A DNA stretch of 24,000 nucleotides, from NCBI RefSeq assembly GCF_000719515.1, contig NZ_JOGR01000001.1:16773-40772 (forward strand), read 5' to 3'. Every line of letters begins with the position of its first letter. Positions within the stretch are counted from its first letter, which is position 1. A model generated the notes under the pieces. It saw only the letters and a list, made by a program, of their open reading frames with translations, was not told the origin of the DNA and did not search any database. Below, in pieces: positions 1-6,825 of the stretch. Source of the stretch: Glycomyces sp. NRRL B-16210 (lineage in GTDB: Bacteria; Actinomycetota; Actinomycetes; Mycobacteriales; Micromonosporaceae). Both the position numbers and the translations under genes were made by a program.

Positions 1-1753
1 GGGCGCGGGCGGCGTCGATGGGCAGGCCGGTGGTCATCTCGTCGCCGACGCCGAGGGCGCGTTCGGCGAGGCGCTGGAGTTCGGGCGGGGCGTCCATCGA
101 GTGCTCGTCGTAGTCGCGCTGCTGGCTGCGGATGAGGCGCAGGCGGTGGTCGAGGTCGCGGAAGGCCTCGCCGGGGCCGAGGATGTCGATGCGGCTGGAG
201 AGTTCGACCGGCCAGGGGCAGCGCTCGTGGAAGTGCAGCCACGGCTCGTGGCGCTGGGGGATCTCCAGTTCCTCCATGCGGCCGACGGTGAGGACGGCGG
301 TGTGCTTCTCCTCGCCGGTGAGGCGGTTGACGAGCTTGACGGTGGAGCCGTAGGGGCTGCGGTAGCGCTCGATGGACTCGGTGAGGGCGAGGACGTCGCC
401 GGCCTCCCAGTCGGCGCCCGAGCCCGAGAGCAGGCGCGGCGGTTCCATGCCGAGGGCGACCGAGCGGTAGACGAGCCATTCGAGTTCGGCGGTGGTGGCG
501 CGGTGGGCGCGGACGCCGAAGGAGCCGAGGACCTCGTCGAACTGGAGGCTGCGCTTCTCGATCTTCTCGCGTTCGGACAGGCGGGTGCCGCGGCCGACCA
601 TGCGGCCGAACTTCTCGCCGAGCTGGTCGAAGGCGCCCCGGCGCGAGAAGGTGATGCCGAGGAAGGTCTCGCCTTCGGCGTGGGAGAGCACCTGGAGGTG
701 GCGCTGGGCGGCGACGAGGTGGTCGGCCCAGCTGGTGCCGCCGGGGACGGTGCGCAGGGGGCGGGCGGTGTGGCGGTCGACGGTGCGGGCCCACTGGTCG
801 GCCGGGAAGGGCCGGGTGGTGCGCCGCAGGTGGACGCGCATCCCGGCGAGGCCGGCGAACTGCTCGGCAATGGCGACGATGAGCGCTTCGCGTTCGAGGT
901 CGGGCCGGAAGGACCAGCGCACGCCCGGCAGCACGTACCAGGCGGTGACCGAGGCGGGCGTGAAGGTCACGTGCCCGGCGATCTCGGTCAGGCTCAGCTC
1001 GCGCAGCGGCTGGCGTTCCTTCGGGGTCGGCAGCGGCTTGACGCGCGAGGGCTTCGCCTCGCCGGTCTCGACGAGCTGCTGGGCCTCGGCGCGGGCCTGT
1101 TTGACCGGGACGAGGTCCTGGCCGGGCACGCGCGTCGCGCCCTTCGACGCGGCTGCGCGGCGGCCCGTGGACGGGGCTCCGCCACCTGCGGCGGTGCTTC
1201 CGCGGCCCTGGTCAACAGCCTGTGGATAACTCTGCCCCGACTGTGGATAACTTCCGTTGTGTTGTGGATAACCCTGTGGATTATCGCTGGTCGGAGCCTG
1301 TGCGTAACGCTGTGGATATCCCTGTGGATAACTCGGCTGATTCTGTGGATAACTCTGGGGATAACCCTGTGGACGAGCGATGGACGGAGGGGTCATCGAC
1401 GCAGGTGGCGATGCGTGTCCCGCCGGGTCCACTGGGGAGGCCTGGGGGCGGGCGCCGCGCGGCGCGGTCGGGGGCGCGACCGGCTGGCCGCTCGACTGCC
1501 CGCTCGGCTGCCCGTTCGACTGCGGGGCGCTCGGCTGCCCGTTCGAGGGCGGCGCGGTCCGCTGGGCGGTCGGCGCGGCGGGGCGCCGCGGTTCGGACTG
1601 CGAGCGCGGCGGCTCGCCCCGGAAGACCGCGTCCGCGAGCGCGGTGGCGTCGTCGCCGAGGTCGCCGGTCTGCCGCTCGCGGTCCCGCACGGGTGCGGGC
1701 GGGCGCGGGGCGGAGAACTTGGCGACGGGCTGACGGCGATCCTCGCCGCTCAT
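1..1753 (-). CDS. Large protein, N-terminal ~584 codons only (runs off the left edge). Disordered Q/P/Y/G-rich N-terminus followed by a globular domain. Candidate VirB4-like or T4SS-locus protein (tentative).
   Basis: Own translation of the minus frame from ATG 1753-1751: MSGEDRRQPVAKFSAPRPP...PQGYPQSYPQNQPSYPQGYPQRYAQ...LSLTEIAGHVTFTPASVTAWYVLPGVRWSFRPDLEREALI...ALGVGDEMTTGLPIDAARA. The frame is open to position 1, so it is absent from the ORF track. ATGA start/stop overlap with the upstream 129-aa gene. No Walker A motif in the visible part, so the functional call rests on operon layout and my recollection of similar actinobacterial proteins. Confidence 0.7.
   Translation of the reverse strand, partial: MSGEDRRQPVAKFSAPRPPAPVRDRERQTGDLGDDATALADAVFRGEPPRSQSEPRRPAAPTAQRTAPPSNGQPSAPQSNGQPSGQSSGQPVAPPTAPRGARPQASPVDPAGHASPPASMTPPSIARPQGYPQSYPQNQPSYPQGYPQRYAQAPTSDNPQGYPQHNGSYPQSGQSYPQAVDQGRGSTAAGGGAPSTGRRAAASKGATRVPGQDLVPVKQARAEAQQLVETGEAKPSRVKPLPTPKERQPLRELSLTEIAGHVTFTPASVTAWYVLPGVRWSFRPDLEREALIVAIAEQFAGLAGMRVHLRRTTRPFPADQWARTVDRHTARPLRTVPGGTSWADHLVAAQRHLQVLSHAEGETFLGITFSRRGAFDQLGEKFGRMVGRGTRLSEREKIEKRSLQFDEVLGSFGVRAHRATTAELEWLVYRSVALGMEPPRLLSGSGADWEAGDVLALTESIERYRSPYGSTVKLVNRLTGEEKHTAVLTVGRMEELEIPQRHEPWLHFHERCPWPVELSSRIDILGPGEAFRDLDHRLRLIRSQQRDYDEHSMDAPPELQRLAERALGVGDEMTTGLPIDAARA
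1221..1376 (-). repeat. Cluster of DnaA-box-consensus 9-mers (TTATCCACA on the minus strand) embedded in the CDS: 5 exact and 4 near-exact copies, all in the same orientation.
   Basis: Exact TGTGGATAA on the plus strand at 1221-1229, 1242-1250, 1263-1271, 1323-1331 and 1344-1352. One-mismatch copies at 1275-1283, 1311-1319 and 1356-1364. Two-mismatch copy at 1368-1376. They correspond to (S/G)YPQ peptide repeats encoded as xGT TAT CCA CAG. Confidence 0.6.
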
Positions 1754-2139
1754 AGGCGCTCCTCAGTTCGGACGGGCTCCACGAGTGTGGGCCGCAAGCG
1801 GATCGAACGGGTCGTGAACGCCGGGATCCGCGTCTCGGTCCCCGCGTCGCGCGTGTGCTTCCAGTCGGTGAGCAGCGTGCGGACGACGGTGGTCGCGGGT
1901 CGGTCGGCGTCGACGTAGCGGAAGATCAGCGAGGTCGCGACGAGGGCGAGGGAGATCTCGATGGCGGGGAACAGGTCCACGTCGCCGGTGAAGGCCCAGC
2001 GCAGGAGCATGAACAGGGCCAGGAGCGCGGCGAAGGCGCCGTACTGCCCGTAGGGCAGGTGGACCGGCAGCGTGTATCCGGGAGGGCCCAGGTACAGAAG
2101 GCGGGCACGGTAGATGTCGTCATCGGTGCGCAAGCGCAT
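1750..2139 (-). CDS. Small membrane protein (129 aa, about 2 TM helices). VirB3/PrgI-like position in a T4SS-like operon (tentative).
   Basis: ORF track. Hydrophobic segments GAFAALLALFMLLRWAF and FPAIEISLALVATSLIF. Its TGA (1752-1750) overlaps the ATG (1753-1751) of the downstream large gene, suggesting translational coupling. Confidence 0.7.
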   Translation of the reverse strand: MRLRTDDDIYRARLLYLGPPGYTLPVHLPYGQYGAFAALLALFMLLRWAFTGDVDLFPAIEISLALVATSLIFRYVDADRPATTVVRTLLTDWKHTRDAGTETRIPAFTTRSIRLRPTLVEPVRTEERL

Positions 2140-2187
2140 GGGCGTCCTCCGTCCGGCCTGACTGCTCGGGGGCGATGTGGGGGCCTG

Positions 2188-2478
2188 CTAGTCCTCGGAG
2201 CTGAAGAGCACGTCGACCAGTCCGTTGCCGACGGCCACCAGGACCACGGCTCCGGCGATGAAGGCGATGCCGATGATGGCGATGGTCGATGAGGTGAGCA
2301 CGCGGCTGACCTCGCCCTTGTTGGCGCGGGCGATGAAGATGAGTCCGAGGATGGCCAGGAGGATCGGGGCGATTTTGGACAGGAAGAACCCGATGATCCC
2401 CGAGGTGTTGATCTCGGCGCCGGCCTGCGAGTGCGCGGCCACGGTCCAGAGTGTCTCTCTCAGCATCGTACGTTCCAT
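2188..2478 (-). CDS. Small 2-TM membrane protein (96 aa). VirB2/TrbC pilin-like candidate by size, topology and position (tentative).
   Basis: ORF track. Hydrophobic segments IIGFFLSKIAPILLAILGLIFIA and IAIIGIAFIAGAVVLVAV. It is the first gene of the minus-strand operon. The start is ATG 2478 or the in-frame ATG four codons downstream. Confidence 0.65.
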   Translation of the reverse strand: MERTMLRETLWTVAAHSQAGAEINTSGIIGFFLSKIAPILLAILGLIFIARANKGEVSRVLTSSTIAIIGIAFIAGAVVLVAVGNGLVDVLFSSED

Positions 2479-2645
2479 CCTCTCGTCACACGGGTCACTA
2501 CAACCTCACGTAACGCAATTTTCACTCATGTTTCTTGTCTCCCAACCCGATGCGGGTTCTGCCCCTCATCATATGCCGGGCCCCTGACGGAACGCACCTT
2601 CGTCGGCTCGAAGAGCGACCGCGCGGCCCGTCTGAAGCGGTGTTC

Positions 2646-2676
2646 CCTTCAGTGAAGGCGATATGCCCCTTGAAGG
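2646..2676. promoter_or_regulatory. Two adjacent palindromes sharing CCTT/AAGG half-sites, in the divergent intergenic region. Candidate operator.
   Basis: CCTTCAGTGAAGG at 2646-2658 and CCTTGAAGG at 2668-2676, separated by cgatatgcc. They lie in a lower-GC ~440-nt gap between the minus-strand operon (start 2478) and the plus-strand gene (start 2922). Confidence 0.35.
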
Positions 2677-2921
2677 CAATCCGATGAGCGCGATCACTCA
2701 TTGTCGGGAATCCGACACCCCTTCGAGCGGGCCGCGGCGGGCCTGGCTGGGATCTTGAGGTGAGGGTCCGTCGCGAATTCGGCGGAGGGGTCGGCGTCGA
2801 TCACCCTGCGTCGAGGCTCCGACACTAGGATGGCATTGCCAGGTGTCCTAGGCCCGGTGTCGGTCGCCATCGGCACAATGGACTTCGACCACATCGCCAT
2901 GCGCCATCCGCGGAGGTCCCA

Positions 2922-3797
2922 TTGGACGCAATCGACGACATCGCCGGGCGGCTCACCGTCGCCGCGATCGCCTTCGCCGTCGCCGGTCTCGCCCTCGCCG
3001 CGATCTCGGCCGCCGCCCTCGGCGGGGTGCGGGCCGCCGAGAAGTGGCCGTCGGCGCCCCTGCCGCGCGTCGGCCGCGGCGCCGTCATGACCGGCGCGCT
3101 CATCGGACTGGTCGCCTTCGCCCTCGCCGCCGGCCTGTTCTCCCTGGCCCGCATCGGCACCGGGCTCGACGCCAACCTGCGGGTCCTGCTCGCCGTCGGC
3201 ATCGACCTGGTCGCACTGGGCGTGGGCCTGTGGATGGTGAGCGCCGTGGCCGGGCGCGTGGAGATGCGCACCCTCATCGCGGTGCCCGACCACCCCGCGA
3301 CCCCGCCGCCGATCCCGGTCTCGGGGGACCCGACGCGCTACCAGATGCCCGACTACACCGAGACGCCCGTCGAGCCCGAGCCGCAGGACTACCCGCACCC
3401 CGGCTCCGAGCCGCGCGGATACGCCGCTCACCCCGGCTCCGAGCCGCAGGGGTACCCGCCGCGCGTCGCGCCCGAGCCCCGGCACCCCCTGCCGCCGTTC
3501 GCCCCCGACATCGCCGCGACCGGGCAGCAGCCGGCCGTGCGGTCCAAGGTGCCCACCATCCCGACCGACACCCGGCCCGGATGGGTCTTCCAGGACCGGG
3601 GGACCGGCGCGTTCTACGCGGCCGTCGCCCAGAGCCGGGGCGGCATCAGCCTGCTCGCCCTGGACGACTTCACCGTGGCGCGAACGGCTTCGCTCGTCGG
3701 CCCCCTGGAACTGGTCGGCTCCGTCGAGGCGACCGTGTGGCCGCTGGAGAACGGCGAGAACGGCGGTGCCGAGACCGGGGCCGAGCAGGAGGCCTGA
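2922..3797 (+). CDS. Membrane protein (291 aa): 3-4 N-terminal TM helices, a Pro-rich linker with HPGSEP(R/Q)GY repeats, and a C-terminal globular domain. Function unknown.
   Basis: ORF track. TTG start with GGAGG 6 nt upstream (2912-2916). TM-like segments LTVAAIAFAVAGLALAAISAAAL, VMTGALIGLVAFALAAGLF and VLLAVGIDLVALGVGLWMVSAV. Confidence 0.7.
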   Translation: MDAIDDIAGRLTVAAIAFAVAGLALAAISAAALGGVRAAEKWPSAPLPRVGRGAVMTGALIGLVAFALAAGLFSLARIGTGLDANLRVLLAVGIDLVALGVGLWMVSAVAGRVEMRTLIAVPDHPATPPPIPVSGDPTRYQMPDYTETPVEPEPQDYPHPGSEPRGYAAHPGSEPQGYPPRVAPEPRHPLPPFAPDIAATGQQPAVRSKVPTIPTDTRPGWVFQDRGTGAFYAAVAQSRGGISLLALDDFTVARTASLVGPLELVGSVEATVWPLENGENGGAETGAEQEA

Positions 3798-3913
3798 CCC
3801 TAGCCGGACGCGCCGGCGGCCCGGAGCCGTTGGCCTGGAAGAGGATCGAACCCGCGGCGGCTGCCTGCTAACCTGGTCCCGACACCACCGCCACGCCATT
3901 GGAGGTGCCACCG

Positions 3914-4261
3914 GTGTTCGGATTCGTCCAGGTGGAGAGCCAAGCCATTCGCAATGCGTCGCAGCAGATGCAGCAGTACGCCTCCCAGGCCGGGAGCCTC
4001 CCCGACAGCGCGGTGCAGGCCGCCGAACGCGCCGAGAGCGCCAACCGCGGCTTCATGTGCGCCGACGGCGCCAAGGACTTCGCCGACGACCTCAAGACCG
4101 ATATGCAAGAGCTCCAAGAACATCTGGACGACACCGCCGAGCTGTTGCAGGACATAGCCGACGACTGGGACGAGGCCGACGAGCACGGCGCGAGCGTGTT
4201 CAAGCCCATCGAGTCCGACCTCAGCGGATTCCGCGTCCCCACGATCCAAGGCGGGGTGTGA
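3914..4261 (+). CDS. Small helical protein S1 (~115 aa). EspC/PE-like partner of the downstream WXG protein; paralogous to 9494-9808 and 17539-17865(-).
   Basis: The ORF track gives 3899-4261. GTG 3914 sits 8 nt after GGAGG (3901-3905) and gives an N-terminus (MFGFVQVESQAIRNA) that aligns with MTWIDVDAEKLREA of S3. The C-terminal acidic motif IADDWDEADEHG resembles CADDMEAADEA (S2) and CADEHEGNDAA (S3). Confidence 0.7.
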   Translation: MFGFVQVESQAIRNASQQMQQYASQAGSLPDSAVQAAERAESANRGFMCADGAKDFADDLKTDMQELQEHLDDTAELLQDIADDWDEADEHGASVFKPIESDLSGFRVPTIQGGV

Positions 4262-4265
4262 CACC

Positions 4266-4796
4266 GTGCCCACCTTCCAGCAGTGCCTCGACGCCAACCC
4301 GACCGAGCTCATGACCCTCGGCGCCTCCATCGGATCGGCCGCCGCGCAGCTCACCCAGCTCGGCGCCTCCTACGGCACGACCGTCGCCGGCCTCGCCGCC
4401 TCCTGGCAGGGCGAGGACTACCAAGGACTCGTCCGATGGTCCGGCCAGGTCGCCGCCTTCATCGGCCGCAGCGACGCCGCGATGATCACCTGCGCCGGCG
4501 GACTCGGGACCACCGGCGCCGCCTTGATGGCCACCTGCACCGCCATGAAGGCCACCAAGCAGGCCGCCGAAGGCATCGGCTACAAGGTCCTGCCGACGCC
4601 GTTCGTGATCCTCGGCCCCAGCCAGTGGTCCCAGGTCTCCGCGGCCGGACCCGGCGCGCCCGCGGTCCTCGCCGCCTACCAGGCCGGAGCGGTCGCCTTC
4701 ACCACCGCCCTGGTCAGCATGTACACCGCGATCATCGCCCAGGACACGGCCGGGTACGCCGTCATCCGCACCGCCCTCGCCCTCAGCCCCTCCTGA
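4266..4796 (+). CDS. WXG-motif protein W1 (176 aa). Short member of the WXG100-like (T7SS-signal-type) family; candidate carrier or partner for the downstream toxins.
   Basis: GTG start 4 nt after the S1 stop. Contains ...LAASWQGEDYQGL... (W-x-G-x-D), preceded by the NPTELMTLGASIGSAAAQL helix that parallels NPGDLMKAAGAWMTLA in W2. Ala/Thr/Gly-rich hydrophobic C-terminal half. Confidence 0.7.
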   Translation: MPTFQQCLDANPTELMTLGASIGSAAAQLTQLGASYGTTVAGLAASWQGEDYQGLVRWSGQVAAFIGRSDAAMITCAGGLGTTGAALMATCTAMKATKQAAEGIGYKVLPTPFVILGPSQWSQVSAAGPGAPAVLAAYQAGAVAFTTALVSMYTAIIAQDTAGYAVIRTALALSPS

Positions 4797-4812
4797 CGGC
4801 CGGAGACGAGCG

Positions 4813-5388
4813 ATGCCGACGACCAACCACGGCGCCCTGCCACGAAGCGGCGAGCGCAGGCCGCAGAGCGCCAACCCGACCTCCGTCGCGGGCGCGTCCG
4901 ACTTCCGGCGCACCATCGGCAACCGCGTCCCCTACGGGCAGTCGCGCCTGGGGCAGCACGTCGCCGACATGCGCACGGTGCAGCCGACGAAGCCGCCGTC
5001 GATCGCGCCCACGGTGAAGAAGAACCTCGCCGCCGCCGAACTCAGCGACGGCACGATCATCGACGGCACCAGCGGCGGCGCACTGGGGTGCTCGGAGAAC
5101 GAGATCCAGTCGAAACTCGACGCGCTCAACCAGAGCCGGGCCCCAAGCGACCAGTTGACGATCAAGGAGCTCTACACCGAGCGTCAGCCGTGCTGCAAAT
5201 GCGAGAACCTCATGAAGACCAAGCATCCCGACGCGAAGGTCGACTGGTCCGTGGAATTCTTCGACACTCCGGACGCGCAGTCCCTCTCGCCCGAGCAGCT
5301 GACGGTCATGCGCTCGCTCAACAAGTTCGAACTCGGTGAACTCAAGCGGGTGAGCTATGCCTACCATGGGGTCCCGTTGCCGGGTTAG
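4813..5388 (+). CDS. Polymorphic-toxin-type nucleic-acid/nucleotide deaminase (CDA fold), with CxE in place of HxE (191 aa).
   Basis: GGAGA lies 6 nt upstream of ATG 4813. GCSENE and YTERQPCCKCE motifs are about 30 residues apart, matching zinc-site spacing. Clear paralogy to the 5808 ORF: AAAELSDGTIIDGTSGG vs AAAALGDGSVVTGRSRG, YTERQPCC, EFFDTP. Confidence 0.7.
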   Translation: MPTTNHGALPRSGERRPQSANPTSVAGASDFRRTIGNRVPYGQSRLGQHVADMRTVQPTKPPSIAPTVKKNLAAAELSDGTIIDGTSGGALGCSENEIQSKLDALNQSRAPSDQLTIKELYTERQPCCKCENLMKTKHPDAKVDWSVEFFDTPDAQSLSPEQLTVMRSLNKFELGELKRVSYAYHGVPLPG

Positions 5389-5430
5389 CACGCCCGGACG
5401 GGCACCCGACCGCGTGAGGAGGAACCGGCG

Positions 5431-5811
5431 TTGAGCCTAGAGGACGCGACGACCGCCGAGCTCGAACGAGTGGCCCGACTCGTCGCCGAGGCCCTGGAGC
5501 GGGCGGGCATCCCCTGGTCGCCCACCGAACAGCCCCTCGACCACGATGTGGCGCAAGTGATCGTGGACGACTCCGATGACGACGACCGGGGCGTGTTCGT
5601 CTCCTGGACGCTCTCGGTGCAGGAGAACTCCGCCATGCACGCGCTCGTCGTCGAAGGCGACCACGCGAACCCGGCGATCCTCCAGGCCGGGCGCCGGTTC
5701 GAGGAGGCCCTGGACCGCATCCAACGGGTGCTCCGCGGCGCGGGGATCGCCTCGGTCAACCCCGAGGACGACTTCGACCCCTACATGCTGAAGATCGTCA
5801 GCGCCCCGTGA
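5431..5811 (+). CDS. Candidate immunity protein for the upstream deaminase (126 aa, acidic).
   Basis: TTG start with GAGGAGGA 7 nt upstream. Sits immediately downstream of the toxin candidate. Homologous to the C-terminal half of the 5808 ORF (GVFVSWTLSV vs GVHVSWHVGA; RVLRGAGIASVNPEDDFDPYMLKI vs AVLDEAGIAAEPVTDGTAPYSLHL). Confidence 0.6.
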   Translation: MSLEDATTAELERVARLVAEALERAGIPWSPTEQPLDHDVAQVIVDDSDDDDRGVFVSWTLSVQENSAMHALVVEGDHANPAILQAGRRFEEALDRIQRVLRGAGIASVNPEDDFDPYMLKIVSAP

Positions 5812-6602
5812 GCTTCGGCCCCGACCTCCCCGGCATCGCGTTCGAACGGCGCCGCCGGGACTACCCCGGCGCCCCGAGCCCGATCGCCCGCAACTACGCC
5901 GCCGCCGCGCTCGGCGACGGCTCGGTCGTCACCGGGCGAAGCCGCGGGAGCCTCCTGCACGCCGAGATCGACGTGCTCCGCCAGGCCTCGGCCGTCGGGT
6001 CCCCCGTCGCGGCGATCTACACCGAGCGGCAGCCGTGCTGCGAGTGCGAGGCCGCCCTCGAAGCGGCCGGCGTCGCGCCCGACGCGATCACCTACTCCGC
6101 CGAGTTCTTCGACACGCCCGGCGAACCGACCGCCGAGGACGGCGCCGAACTGGCGCGGCTCAACCTCGGCGTGTTCGAGCACCTGCGGCAGATGATCCGC
6201 GAAGCCGAGGGCTCTCAACCACGCCCGGCCGGAGCGGACCCGGCCGCGGCGCTCGCGCGTTCGGTCGCGGGGCATATGGAACGGCACGGGCTGCGGGTCG
6301 CCGCAGAACCGGACCTCGGCGCCGAGCCCGGCGTCGAACTGGCCGTGGACGGCCTCGCCGACGGCGCGGGCGGCGTCCACGTCTCCTGGCACGTCGGCGC
6401 CGACCTCACCGCGCGCGTCCTCGACGCGGTGCACGGCGACCGGCTGGAGGACCCGGCGCTCACCGAAGCCGCCGCGATCAAGCAGCACCGGCTCGCCGGA
6501 CTCGCGGCGGTCCTCGACGAGGCGGGCATCGCCGCCGAACCGGTCACCGACGGCACCGCGCCCTACAGCCTCCACCTCCCCGTCCACACCGGTCCCCGGT
6601 GA
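5808..6602 (+). CDS. Deaminase domain (HAE...PCxxC) fused in-frame to an immunity-like domain (264 aa).
   Basis: GTG 5808 overlaps the TGA of the upstream gene (GTGA). LLHAEIDVL and IYTERQPCCECE motifs are present. Residues ~140-264 align with the free-standing 126-aa protein at 5431-5811. The ORF track shows a continuous ORF. Confidence 0.7.
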   Translation: MSFGPDLPGIAFERRRRDYPGAPSPIARNYAAAALGDGSVVTGRSRGSLLHAEIDVLRQASAVGSPVAAIYTERQPCCECEAALEAAGVAPDAITYSAEFFDTPGEPTAEDGAELARLNLGVFEHLRQMIREAEGSQPRPAGADPAAALARSVAGHMERHGLRVAAEPDLGAEPGVELAVDGLADGAGGVHVSWHVGADLTARVLDAVHGDRLEDPALTEAAAIKQHRLAGLAAVLDEAGIAAEPVTDGTAPYSLHLPVHTGPR

Positions 6603-6825
6603 AGCGCCCGCCGCGACTGGTTGCCGCGCATATATAGTCGCAACGACGAGTCATGTTCCCCCACCCCAGGAGCACTGATCCATGGCACCGATCCACACGC
6701 GACGGCAGGCACCCCGCGACGGTCGCGCCAGGACGCGGCAGCACCCGCCCGGCCCCGCCAGAGATGCAGCCGCCCGAGCCGCAGCCGCCCGCGCCGCGCT
6801 GGCCCTCTGAAGGTAAGGAGCAGCC

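Noticed and set aside
34-1918. Track ORFs 101-1918(+) 605 aa, 34-870(-) 278 aa, 492-1229(+) and 1222-1755(+).
   Set aside because: Their translations are Arg/Gly/Ala/Pro-rich low-complexity sequence typical of off-frame or antisense reading of high-GC genes. The third minus frame (ATG 1753, open to position 1) gives a sensible protein with GC3-rich codons and is coupled to the upstream genes.
2694-3911. 405-aa minus-strand ORF opposite the membrane-protein gene.
   Set aside because: It is an antisense shadow ORF (R/G/D/P-rich, no RBS). The plus-strand ORF 2922-3797 has clear TM helices and a GGAGG RBS.
4266-5388. W1 and the first deaminase as a single WXG-toxin gene split by a frameshift (pseudogene).
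   Set aside because: The deaminase ORF is in a different frame, with its own GGAGA RBS and ATG 16 nt after the W1 stop. I saw no residual homology across the junction. A sequencing error or recent split cannot be excluded without resequencing, so this is kept as a caveat in the findings.
6603-6825. The 220-nt intergenic region before the RelA/SpoT-like gene, containing catatatag and a weak GTTGC...GCAAC inverted repeat. I considered an sRNA, a cassette junction or a recombination site.
   Set aside because: There is only a 5-bp stem, no repeat shared with other cassette junctions that I could see, and no convincing ORF. It may simply hold a promoter.
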